A stretch of DNA of 64,000 nt, taken from NCBI RefSeq assembly GCF_009914755.1, contig NC_060948.1; one strand, given 5' to 3'. How positions within the stretch are numbered: position 1 is the stretch's first letter; each line of letters starts with the position of its first letter. The position numbers and the translations under genes were made by a program. Below are positions 1-15,830 of the stretch, piece after piece. Source of the stretch: the human T2T-CHM13v2.0 reference genome, Homo sapiens. The notes under the pieces are model-generated. The model did not search any database. It was not told where the DNA came from and was given only the letters and a program-made list of their open reading frames with translations.

Positions 1-810
1 GCCATTTTTTTCTTCATTTCTATTTATATTTGCTTTAAATATTTAGGTGCTCCATTGTTGAGTGCAGATGTATATATATAATTGTTATATCCTGTTGATA
101 AATTGATTGCTTTATTATTAAATGATGACCTTCTTGGTCTTATGACAGGTTTTGAATTGAAATCTCTTTTATAGATAGGAGTATAGCCACTCCTAATTTT
201 TTATTACCATTTGCATAGAGGTATCTTCTTCTATTCCTTCACTTTCAGCCTGTTTGTCCTTAAAGATTAGGTGGGTCTCATAGGTAACATGTAGTTGAAT
301 CCCATTTTTAAAATCCATTTGGTCACTCCACGTCTTTTAATTGCATAATTTAATTCATTTACATTCTAGATAATTATTGATAAGTTCTTACTACTGTTAT
401 CTTGTTAGTTGTTTCTGATTGAGTCATACATCATTTTTTCCTTTCTTCCTCCCATGAATGCTTTTAAATGTTTAGCATTTAAATATTTTCAGTAGTGATA
501 AGCTTTGATTCATTTGTTTTTATCATTAGTGTTGCTGCTGTAGTTTTTGATGGTCATCAAAGGCTCAGAGAAAACATCTTATAGTTAATAATCAACTAGT
601 TTAAGCTGACAACATTTGTCACATAAAAACTCTAGACATTTACCCTCTGTTCCAATTATGTTTTTGACGTCACAATTTATGTCTTCTAATACTGTGTCTT
701 CCTTAAAAACCTATTGTTGACAAGTCTTTTGCCGAATGATTTCAAGCTCCTCCATTTTTTGTTTATTTTCCCTTAGTGCTTTTAGAATTTTCTTTATTTC
801 TCAACCTTTG
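1..810 (-). mobile_element. Old LINE-1 (L1M-type) fragment, ORF2 endonuclease / inter-ORF region
   Basis: Begins with the antisense L1 EN-region signature (taggtgctccattgttgagtgcagatgtatatatataattgttatatcc); resumes after the actin retrocopy. Confidence 0.7.
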
Positions 811-820
811 AGAGTTTGCT

Positions 821-822
<2 letters not shown>

Positions 823-854
<32 letters not shown>

Positions 855-2758
855 GCAGCACTTTTATTTTTCCTTACACAATGATATGTTGCTGAGGCCT
901 AATGTTCTCACATAACAGTAGAAAACAAAAATTTGTTGTCATTTCTTTAAAGAATCAAGAATTTCATACAAAAAACCTTACATAAATTAAAAGGATGAAT
1001 ACATTTACAGGTGTAAATGCAAACTGCTTCCAACTCAAGGCAAGTGACAGCCTACGGTGTTCTGGCAAAAAACATCAGCTAAGAAAGGAAACTGTGTCCT
1101 GTGGTTTGGACTTTCCAGCCCTAACAGACAGGCAGGGCAGACGCAACTGGTTCAGGAGCACTTGCCAGCCTCTAGAGAAATCCCAGCGCAGTCAGCCCTG
1201 ACACATTAATACCCTGCACAGATCAGAGACTGCTGGCCATGCACACTCACCAAGCCACAGACTTGTCTTCCACAAGCACGTTCTTACCTCAGTCACGAAG
1301 TGACCAAGCCACGTGCACTAAAGATTGAACTCAAAGATATGTACACAGTATTAAACGAATACCGAGGGGAACAGTTAACTTGAATACAAGGTCAAAAAAT
1401 CCAGTGCTGACGTCAGATACAAGCTTCAAGGACAATTTCTTTTCAAAGGCTTATTCCAGTTTCATGAGGTTAGCATGAGGTGTATGCATTTGCCAAGGGC
1501 AAATTTATGCTTCTGAATTAACCCATGCAGCAAATGCTACACATCTGCTCGTTCCATTTAGAAGCATTTGTGGTGGACGATGTAGGGGCCTGACTCATCA
1601 TACTCCTGCTTGCTAATCCATGTCTGCTGGAAGGTGACCAGTGAGTTCAGGATGGAGCAACCGATCCACACTGAGAACTTGCGCTCTGGGGGTGCAATGA
1701 TCTTAATCTTCATGGTGCTGGGCGCCAAGGCAGTGATCTCCTTCTGCATCCTGTCAGCAATGCCTGGATACATGGTGGTGCCACCGGATAGTACCGTATT
1801 GGTGTATAGGTCTTTGCGGATGTCCACGTCACACTTCTTGATGGAGTTGATGGTGGTCTGGTGGATGCGGCAAGATTCCATGCACGGGAAGGAAGGCTGG
1901 AACAGCACCTCCGGACACCAGAACCACTCATTGCCAATGGTGATGACCTGGCCATCGGGCAGTTCATAGCTCTTCTCCAGAGAAGAGGAGGATGCAGGGG
2001 TGGCCATCTCCTGCTTGAAGTCCAGGGAGACCTAGCACAGCTTCTCCTTGATATCGCGCATGATTTCCCGCTGGGCTGTGTTGGTGAAGCTGTAGCCTCT
2101 CTCCTTGAGGATCTTCTTGAGGTACTCAGTCAAGTCCCAGCCAGTCAGGTCCAGATGCAGGATGGCATGGGGAAGGGAGTAGCCCTCGTAGATGGGCACC
2201 GTGTGGGTGACCCTGTGTCCACAGTCCATGACAATGCCAGTGGTGCGCCCAAAGGCATAGAGGGACAGCACATCCCGGATGGCCACGTACATGGCCGGGG
2301 TATTGAAGGTCTCAAACATAATCTGAGTCATTTTCTCTCTGTTGTCCTTGGGGTTCAGTGGGTCCTCGGTCAGCAGCACTGGCTGCTACTCCGGGGCCCC
2401 ATGCAGCTCATTGTAGAAGTGGTGCCAGATCTTCTCCATGTTGTCCCAGTTGGTGATGATGCCATGCTTGATGGGGTACTTCAGCGTCAGAATGCTGCGC
2501 TTGCTCTGGGCTTCATTGCCCACGTAGGAGTCCTTCTGGCCCATGTCCACCATCACGCCCTGGTGTCCGGGGAACCCAACGGTGGAGGGAAACATGGCTT
2601 GGGGAGCATCGTCCCCTGCAAAGCCAGCTTTGCACATGCAAGAGCCATTGTCAATGACGAGCGCAGCGATCTCTTCTTCTACTGCGATGGACAGAGGAGT
2701 GGGACAGAGGAGCGGCAGAAGAACAAGGTAGGCGAGCTGGCAGTGGCGACTGAGAGCC
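823..2758 (-). pseudogene. ACTG1P2: Processed gamma-actin (ACTG1) pseudogene, full-length mRNA copy
   Basis: Intronless actin frame 1558-2682 ([13 protein letters not shown]...HHKCF), with ACTG1-type 5'UTR and 3'UTR and poly(A) seen as T-run 823-853. TSD agagtttg(c/a)ttctt at 811-824 and 2759-2772. ATG changed to GTA; TAG stops at 2386-2388 and 2032-2034. The numbered symbol is recalled and depends on the palindrome arm (ACTG1P11 on the other arm). Confidence 0.95.
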
Positions 2759-2772
2759 AGAGTTTGATTCTT

Positions 2773-4400
<1,628 letters not shown>

Positions 4401-4850
4401 CTTCACTTCTCTGTCACCCTAGGAGCAGGCTCATTCTCACTTTTGAGCTCTGTGTTATTGATGGTGATAATCTCAGCACTGTATACTCAGTTTTGGTTTT
4501 TCTGTGGGTGTTCTTGGGGGGTTAGGGTTGGGGGCAATTGATGGGCAGCTTCCTTTACTTTGCCATATTTTTTACAAAAGTACTCTCCTCTAATTTACAC
4601 TTTTTCTGCTTCCTTGTGTGTACATTTATGTTACAAATTTTACATTTCTTCTTTTTTATCTCTATCTTTACACATATATATTTCTCAACATTGATTTAGC
4701 GCATTTCAGAAGCTTTAGTATGTTTTAGTTTTTCTTTTGTTTGTGAAAATTAATTCCTTGCAGATTCTTCAGTTAACCATAGGTTGTTGAAGAGTGTATT
4801 TATTATTTTCCAAACAATATACATTTTTCAGTCTTTAGAAAATGAATCTC

Positions 4851-5181
<331 letters not shown>

Positions 5182-6139
5182 ACGGGCCTCTAGTTTTATT
5201 CCATTGTGGTTGAAGAAAGCATTATATGTGATTTCAATAATGTTAGATATAATTAGAACTTGCTTTGTGGCCTACCACAGAGTCTATTCTGAAGATAGCA
5301 CAGAGAATAACACATATACACTTTAGAAGAATGTGTAGTCAGCTTGTGGAGTGTTTTGTATATGTCTGAGAGATTTATTTGGTTTATACTGCTTTTGAAG
5401 ACCTTTGTTTTCTTATTGAACTTGGATTTGGTCATTTTACACATTGTTGAAAGTGGGGTGTTGAAATCTCCAACTATTATTATTATTGCAGAACTGTGTA
5501 GCTCCTCAAATCTATTCATTTTTTGCTTCATATATCCTGAGGATCTTTTATTAGGTATATATGAAAGTGTTACATCTTCTTGATCAATTAAACAATTTTG
5601 ATATTTGTCTAATAATTCTAACTCTATTTTGGTTACCGTTTGCATTATTTTTTCCCCACTTTTAAAACGTTTAAAAAGTTATTCTGCTAGTCTTTGACAT
5701 TTAACTGGAGTTTATTTGGACTGAAATTAATTGCTGACAAGAATTTATTTTCCTATTTTTGTTCTTTTGTTCTACAAGTTTTGTTATTGTTGTTGTTATA
5801 TATCATTCCTCCAAAACTGCTCATCTTTGCATTTGTTTTTCTAGGGTACAATTTAGACTCCTTCATTTCTCTTCAGTATATTTGAACAGTTATTTTCTTA
5901 TTGGCTATTAATGGTATTATAATTAATATCTTAAATTCATAATAATATAGTGTGAATTACAATAACTTAGTATTGACATTATACAAAAATCATTTTCCCA
6001 TATTGCTCTCCCTACCTTTCTATGTTTTTTTGTCAAAAATTGTTTTTTATACAATATGTACTAACAACCCAGATATGTAATTATTGTTTTATTCTTTGTC
6101 ATTTCTTTATTTTATTATTGAATTTTATTTTACTTCATT

Positions 6140-6385
6140 TGAGACAGGGTTTCAGTCACATAGGCTAAATATGGTTCACTACAGCCTCGAGCTCCTGGGC
6201 TCAAGGGATCCGTCCACCTCAGCCCCTCATGTACCTAGGACAGAAGTGTATGCCACCACAGCTGGATAATTTTGTTCATTTTCTGTAGAGACAGGTTCAC
6301 ACTTTGTTGCCTTGACTGGTCTCATACTCCTCAGCTCAAGGAAATCCCGATCCTTGGTTGGGATTACAGTTGTGAGATACTGTAT
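6140..6385 (-). mobile_element. Alu (AluJ-like, diverged)
   Basis: gagacagggtt...ctcctgggctcaagggatcc...gggattacag. Confidence 0.8.
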
Positions 6386-7841
6386 CTTTCCTCTTGTCAT
6401 TTAAATCTAGTAGAAAAATAAAGTCACAGAAACCCCATATACAATAATATTGGCTTTCCTATTTCTTGGTGTAATTACTTCATTGATGTTCTTTATTTCT
6501 TTATTTGCACATGAGGTGCTATTTTACTTTCATTCCTTACATGTTTTCATCATGTTTTGTAAGGCTGATCTAGTAGTAACGTACTCTCTTTAATTCTGTT
6601 TGCTTGGAAATGACTTACTTGCTCATAAATTTAAATTTTGGTTTGGACAGATATTGAGTTTATGATTGACTTAATTTTTTTTTATTTCAGCACTTTGAAG
6701 ATCTCAACACAGTGACTTATTTCCTCCATAATTTTTAATGAGAAATTGGCTGTTAATGTCATGGATGATAACTTGCATGTGATCAGTTACTTCTGTCTTG
6801 CTTCTTTTAAAGTTCTCTATTTATTTGTCTTCTGTCAGTTTCAGTGCATGTGTTTCAGTGTGGATATCTTTGATTTTATTCTTCCTGAAGTATTTTTTTT
6901 TTCCTTTGGAGATATTTGGATCAGTAGATTTCCATCTATCAACACATTTGTGAAGTTTCAGCCACTGTTCATTCAAATATTCTTTTTTTCCCCTGTATTT
7001 CTCTTTTTTCAGTGAAACTCCCATTATGAATATGTTGATATTCTTGATAGAATCCCATGGCAACCTTAGTTTTGTTCATTATTCTTGTTCCTGTTTTTGT
7101 TTCATACACTGAATAATATCAAACAATCCATCTTCAAGTTGCCTCATTACGCTTTTTGCATGCTCACACAAGCTATTCAATCTTTCTAGTTACAGATTAT
7201 TGATTTCATTTTTTAAATAATGTGTATGTCTTTATTGGTATTTTCAATTTTGAATCACTGTTCTACTGGGTTCCCTTAGGTCTTTGAGAACAGACCTTTG
7301 AAGGTCTCAATTCTCTTCTTTTTGAAGAGAATTGAAATATTTCCCTAGTTAGTACCATGCCTGGGCTTTCTGAAATAGCTTCTTTTAATTATGTTTTCTC
7401 TGAATGTGCTTTTTTTGCATTTATCTTTGAATGCCTTTTATTTTATTGTTGAATGCTGAACACTTTGCATATTATTCAGCATACTCAGATAACAAATTCT
7501 TGACCTCCACAATTGCTTAGCTTGTGGGTTGTGTACTTGTTTAACAACTCCTTACAGCTAGTTTTGTAGTCTGTATTCTTTGTCATGTGTGGCCACTTAA
7601 CCTGTGTTCTGTCATCCTTTTGGTCATCTACTATCTTTGACACATTAAAAAAAATCATAGGAAAGAAAAGAAAAAAAGGAAAAGAAAGAAAAGAAAAACT
7701 ATTCAGAATTTGCATATAGACTTTTCAGGAACTCTAGTGTTTAGTCAAAAGTCAGGGAAAAGTGAAAAGTTTTGGGGTCTTCGCCATGCATGCATCCAAA
7801 AGTGGACATATTTATATCCTTCTAAATATACCAGTAGGAGT

Positions 7842-8165
7842 CTGGGTGTGGTGGTTCATATCTGTAATCCCACCAATTTGGAAGGCTTGGAGAACAAATC
7901 ACTTGAGCCCAGAAGTACGAGACCAGCCTTGACAACATGGAAAGACTCTTCTGTATAAAAAAATACAAAAATAAGCTAGTTTTGGAGGCCCATGCCTGTA
8001 CTGTGAAATGCTGAGCGGGGAGGATTGGTGGAGTCCAGAGAGGTGAGATGCTCAGGAGGCTGAGGTGGCAAGATCATTTGAACCCAAGGAGGTTGCCGCT
8101 GCAGTAGGCCATGATCCTGCCACAGGACTCCACTGTGGGCCACAGGGCAAGTTCTGTCTCTATTT
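7842..8165 (+). mobile_element. Alu (AluJ-like, diverged)
   Basis: ctgggtgtggtggttcatatctgtaatccc...gagcccagaag...tgcagtaggccatgatc. Confidence 0.8.
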
Positions 8166-8781
8166 AAAACCCAATCCAATATAAACAGCAACGAACTGTG
8201 AGAATTTTTCAAAGCTGATTTTCCACATCACTTTTCTTCACCAGCCACTTCTTTCCAGGCATTTTGTTTGTGTACTACTTGACCTGACTCTTATTCCTTG
8301 CTATAGGTGGCTCTGACTAGTATATTTCCTTTCCGCAAATGCCTCCTGGGAGTCAACTTCTGCACCCAAGAAAGCTCTGAGGTGGGCTAAAGAAAAGACT
8401 CTGAACTGAAAATCTCCAAGGGAACCTCAGACATTTTAAATCACACAACCGCAATTATTTGAAATAAGTTCTGTATTTCCACACATGCATCAAAATCTGC
8501 ATCTAGAATTTAATCTTATTCACGGTTTCCATGAAGCCATGGAGTGGGTGATGATGGGAAGTTAAAATGCCACATACTGTCTTGCCCAAACTTAGAGGTC
8601 AGGTCTTTCTTCATTAAACGCACCCTTGAGTGACGTTATTAGATTCCAGAGCTCCAAAAATCAAGTCTGAGGTTGTTGTCTCTTCCTTATATCTCTTCAC
8701 TTTTAACCCAATTAACTTTAATTACAGCGTAAAATAGAAAGTTGATTAAATCTACCTTGCTTTTTAATGTTCGGAGAGGTA

Positions 8782-9066
8782 TTTTTTGAGATGGAGTCTC
8801 ACTCTCTCACCCAGGCCAGAGTGCAGTGGTGCGATCTTGGCTCCCTGCAGCCTCTGCCTTCCAGGTTCAAGGGATTCTCTTGTCTCAGCTTCCTGAGTAG
8901 CTGGGATTACAGGCATGCACCCCCATGCCTAGCTAATGTTCTTATTTTTAGTAGAGAGGGCGTTTCACCATGATGGCCAGGCTTGTCTCAAACTCTTGAC
9001 CTCAAGTCATCCACCTGCCTCAGCCTCCCAAAGTGCTGGGATTACAGTCATGAGCCATCGTGTCCA
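8782..9066 (-). mobile_element. Alu (AluS-like)
   Basis: gagatggagtctcactct...cctcccaaagtgctgggattacag. Confidence 0.92.
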
Positions 9067-10689
9067 GACTGTTTTGTAAGATTTTATTTGACACTGCTTC
9101 CATCATTATCATGAAAGCCATTCTGTCTTTCATGTAATAAGTAATAGTTAAGAAATACATGTTTTTGTTAGCAACTTATAAGTGATATGACTTTATTGTT
9201 TTCCAAATTATTAAGAGTTCAGTTTTCATTTCACCATAGCATGGTAGTTGTTACAAAAAATTAAGTTCCATCTTGGGTCAGTTTAATCTCACAGTCTCTA
9301 ACTAAAGTATTTGAGCGTAAAAATTAACTCTCTAAATAGACTACGTAATGTGCAGCTCATGTATTATTATTACATTAGTGGTGTTTTATATAATTAAATG
9401 TAAGGATGGTATTTTAGGACATTATCATACTCATCTTGTAGAGTCATACCCTCCTAAGAAGACAGAGTTACACTAGGTAGTTGTAGGCATATCACCATAG
9501 AGTTCAAAAGACACTCCTCAGATTTCACTAGGAAATGAGAAGTGAAATGTTACGACTGTTCTGGAAATATGGCCCTAACCAGTAAGGAGAAAGCTTGTGA
9601 CCTCTACAATAAAAGGAATGATAAATAATAAATTACTTGAGATTTTTCCATGTTTGTTTCCTGTATTGAGTTTTGAATAATAAAAAATGTAAATAATAAC
9701 TGTAATAATACATTTAAGTAATAAAAACGTTTAAGTAAATTTTAACTATTAAACATTTATATTTATTTATATGAATTAAATGGTCAATGTACATTTCTTT
9801 ATTCATATAACTTCAACAGGCTCTCAAGTATAGAGAAGAATATGTCAAGTTCACACCTCTAAATGTCTTACAGCTAGGATGGATACAAATGGAAGGAGTG
9901 AGTGAAAAAATAACATAAGCTTATCTGCAAATCAACTAAAATATTGTTTCATAAATACTATGTAGACTAAGTATTCAAAAACAATACTGAAATTACAAAG
10001 TTGTATTATTTATTATAATATTAAACACTTAGAGAGAGGTTATTATATCTCAGAATTTTAGCTTAAAATGGTGGATATAATAGTAAATAACACTGAAATG
10101 GCTCCTCACTTCATAAAGTAACAGTTAATAGTAAAGCAGAAAGGATCAAGAATAGAAAGGAAAAGACAAGAGATGTGTTTTATTCATTGAAAAGTAGAAT
10201 AATTCTAGACCCTCAATGAAAAATGAATTGAACAAGGTAACACAGAAGAAGGAAGTAAATTAAGATGTTGATACTATCATTTAGGGAACAATAAATGATG
10301 ACCTCACCTTTAATGCATAAACAGCAACAAGAAAAAAAAAACATTTGTAGGTGGTAGATAATAAAAAAGTTGTTATAGATAAAATATGAAAGAGACGAGG
10401 GAAAATAATTGGACGTGGAATATCCCCAGTTTTTATGTTATACAGGTGATGTAGTTTTGGACAAAAAATGATGGAAGAGAGAGGCATGTAGAAAGTGTAA
10501 AGAAGTTCAGGGGAAGTTTTAAATTTAGCTCTCTTAATCTTGGGTCACTCATCAGAAAAAGGAAAGCACAATGTTAGAAATTCAGAGATCATATCACTGG
10601 TTGAATTCCGATCATATCACTGGTTGAATTCCTTAGTACTACAGGTTTAAAACTTAAGAGGCTTTTGTCTCAAAACAACATCAACAAAA

Positions 10690-10900
10690 AGCCAGGTGTG
10701 GTAGTGTGCATCTGTAGTCTCAGCTACTGAGGAGACCAATGCAGGAAAATTGCTTAAGCCCAGCAATTTGAGGCTGTAGTCAGTCAAGGTCTCACTACTG
10801 CACTGCAGACTGCGTTACAGAACACTTTCTTAAAAAAAAGAAAGGAAAGAAAAGAAAAAGGGAAGGGAAAAGGGAAAGGAGAAAGGGAAGGAGAAAGAGG
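10690..10900 (+). mobile_element. Alu monomer (FLAM/FRAM-like) with purine-rich tail
   Basis: gccaggtgtggtagtgtgcatctgtagtctcagctac...gcactgcagactg then an A/G-rich tract. Confidence 0.7.
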
Positions 10901-11312
10901 TATTCTGTGTAGTTATATTAGTGGTCTAACAAACAGACATCTACGAGATAAAATGAAACAAAACACACTGACAATTAAATAGAGAAATCAGACGAAAGTT
11001 GAGTCATGTAATCCAAAGCAAAATAGTATTTCAAGAATGAGGGTGTGAATCAGTTTTACAGATACACACGACTGTTTGAGTAATACGCAATAGACAAGTG
11101 ATATATGGGATTTAGTGACAAGTATAAGATATGATTCCAAAAACAGGGTAAATGCCTGAAGAAAGGAGAGTTAAGAAAAATAAAATTAAACCTTGTCACA
11201 GGCAACTCTTTCCATGAGTCTTCCTATCATAGAAAATAAATAAATGAGTTGACAGTGGCATATCTAGAACTAAGACAAGCAGCATGTAGATCTAGTAAAG
11301 AAAATGATCAAA

Positions 11313-11575
11313 TGGGGTGTGGCATCTTACACCTGTAATTGCAGCACTTTGGGAGGCTGAGGTGGGGGATCATTTGAGGTCAGTTTGAGACCAGCCTTGG
11401 CAACACGGTGAAACCCCATCACAATTATAAGTTCTAAAACTAGCCAAGCGTGGTAGTGCATACCTGTAATATCAGATACTCAGGAGGCTGAGGCAGGAGA
11501 ATCAATCACCTGAATCCAAGAGGCCAAGGTTGCACTGAGTCAAGATTGTGCCAGAGACTCTCTCTCAAAAAAATT
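11313..11575 (+). mobile_element. Alu
   Basis: cctgtaattgcagcactttgggaggctgagg...gaggctgaggcaggagaatc. Confidence 0.88.
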
Positions 11576-12029
11576 AAACTAAACTAAAATAAAAAGAAAT
11601 GATCCTGCAGGTAGAGCAAAGAAGTAATGGTACAAGGAGACAACAAATAATAAGCAAATCAGTGTTTTAAGAAGCTGGGAAATCCAAAGCAAAGGCGAAG
11701 AGGGTCATAACAAGGAGCAGTAAAAAATATACACAAATCTACACAAGTTTTATTTTTGGTGGTGATTTCTCAGGAAAAAGAAACACAAAAGAAAGTGTGA
11801 ATAAGAAAGTTGTCACCATTGCCTTGGTAGAAAAAAATGGAGAAAAACCACCACCAACAAAATAATGTAAATTATACAATGTTAAGATCTAGTGTTCTTC
11901 ATCCCTTCCCATGGTGTTTGTTTCCTCAAGAAATAACAGAAGCCAAATATTCAAAATAGAAGGAAACATTAGCATATATTACTGTCTACATATATTAAGT
12001 CAAGTTTGTTTTAACTGCAATTCATTCTT

Positions 12030-13200
<1,171 letters not shown>

Positions 13201-13654
13201 TTTAACTGTATTTTTGAACACTCAATTCTATGACCCCAAAAGCACAGACTAGAAAAGCACAACAAAAAACAATTGGATCACATTACATCAAACTAAAATG
13301 TTTCTGTACCACAGAGGGAAAAGGGTGAAAAGCAAATGTTCACTGATAGTGTATATGCTATATTACAAGCACTTATTAAATTAAAGGTATAGGTTCCAAA
13401 ATGTACTAGGTGAAAAATGTATTATGGTTATTTTTTCTGCTTAGTTTTTGTAGCCAGATGGATTTTTCATTTTGTTTTGTTTAATAAGCTGTACAATTAT
13501 ATTTAAGAAAACAAAAATTATTAATGCATAGTCACATTAGAAAAATCAATTTTATTAGAAACTACTTCCAAGGTTTTGTTGTTTATATTTTTTATGAGTA
13601 TCTTTATAAAGTCACACTCAGCCTCTTTACTCTTTGTTCTGTGAAAGTATATAT

Positions 13655-14475
<821 letters not shown>

Positions 14476-15529
14476 TCATTAGTAATGGCCACTTTCTCTT
14501 TTAAACTTGCCAAGTTAAGATATATTTCTCCCAACCCACCTCCTTCGGAAAATAATTTACATACAAAAAAGAAAGAAAAAAAAAGATTTGTTATCTTTCC
14601 ATTATCAGGGATTTAGTGAATATATGCATGCAAAACATATAAAATAAAGAATAAGTGAATACACACATACACAAATTTATAAATGTATATACACATTCCC
14701 TTAAAATAAAATAACTGGAACTCATGAAATTGGATAGAGACATTTGTATCTGACGTTACAAGGTGTGACAGCACCTAGAAAGAAGTCTCAATTAAGAACA
14801 AATAAAATTGCGTGAATTAGATCTTGAAAAGGTAGTTTCTTTTTTATATAAAGTTAGAGTGTAAAGTAGGAAATTACGGTGTAAAATAGGAGGTGAATGC
14901 AATATAAACTGTGTTTTAGACTCTGGTGATAACAGGAAATCGGAAATAAGCTGTGGAGTTCAAGTAAATTCTGGAAGTGGAGCTGCCAGATTTTGCTGTG
15001 TGATGGAATACAAGGTACTAGAGAAGCAGAAAAATTAAAAGTTTTAGAAATTAAGTGATTTGTGTGGGCATGTTTTTGTTTGTGTGTACTTAGGTAATTT
15101 TATCAGAAGTTTTTAATACGAAAATTAATTTAATTTTGACATTGTTATCCCAATAATTAGACTAATATGCACAAGGAAGAAAAACAAAATTATGTAGTAG
15201 CTGTATAATCAGTTTAAACAATCTTCTACTACATTCAGTTGAAAGAGTAAAAATTCATTTCACATATACAGAAGGGTTAAAATAATACAGTCTTCATACA
15301 CAATGAAATGAAGCCAGAAAACAAAAAGAGGCCAAATAGTCTTTACTCATCTAAAGTAACTATTCATTTTCTAACACCATTTAGAAAATGAATATCGAGA
15401 GTCCATTTATTCCTTCAGGGATACCCAAAGAGAAACTCTAAAGCAATAACATTCTTAACTGCATTTATGAGAAATAAGACTGAATAAAAAGAAATGATCT
15501 AAAAGTTAAATTTTAGAAAGTAAATTTTA

Positions 15530-15830
15530 GCTGGGTGTAGTGACTCATACCTGTAACCCTAGCACTTTAGCAGGCTGAGGTGAGTAGATCACTTGAGCCC
15601 AACAATAACAACAAGAAAACACCAAAAATGTTATCCAGGCATGGTGGCACATTCCTGTAGTCTCAACTATTCAGGAGGTGGAGGTGGGATGCTCACTTGG
15701 GCGAAGGAGGTAGGCATAGTACATTTTGCCTTGGGACATTTATTTGCCTGTCCCCTTGCCCCAGCACTTTGGGAGGTTGATACCCAGGGGTAATCATGTA
15801 GACCAACCCCGGCAACAGATTAGAAACTAT
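15530..15830 (+). mobile_element. Fragmented Alu pieces
   Basis: gctgggtgtagtgactcatacctgtaaccctagcacttt... and a second cccagcactttgggagg fragment. Confidence 0.7.
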
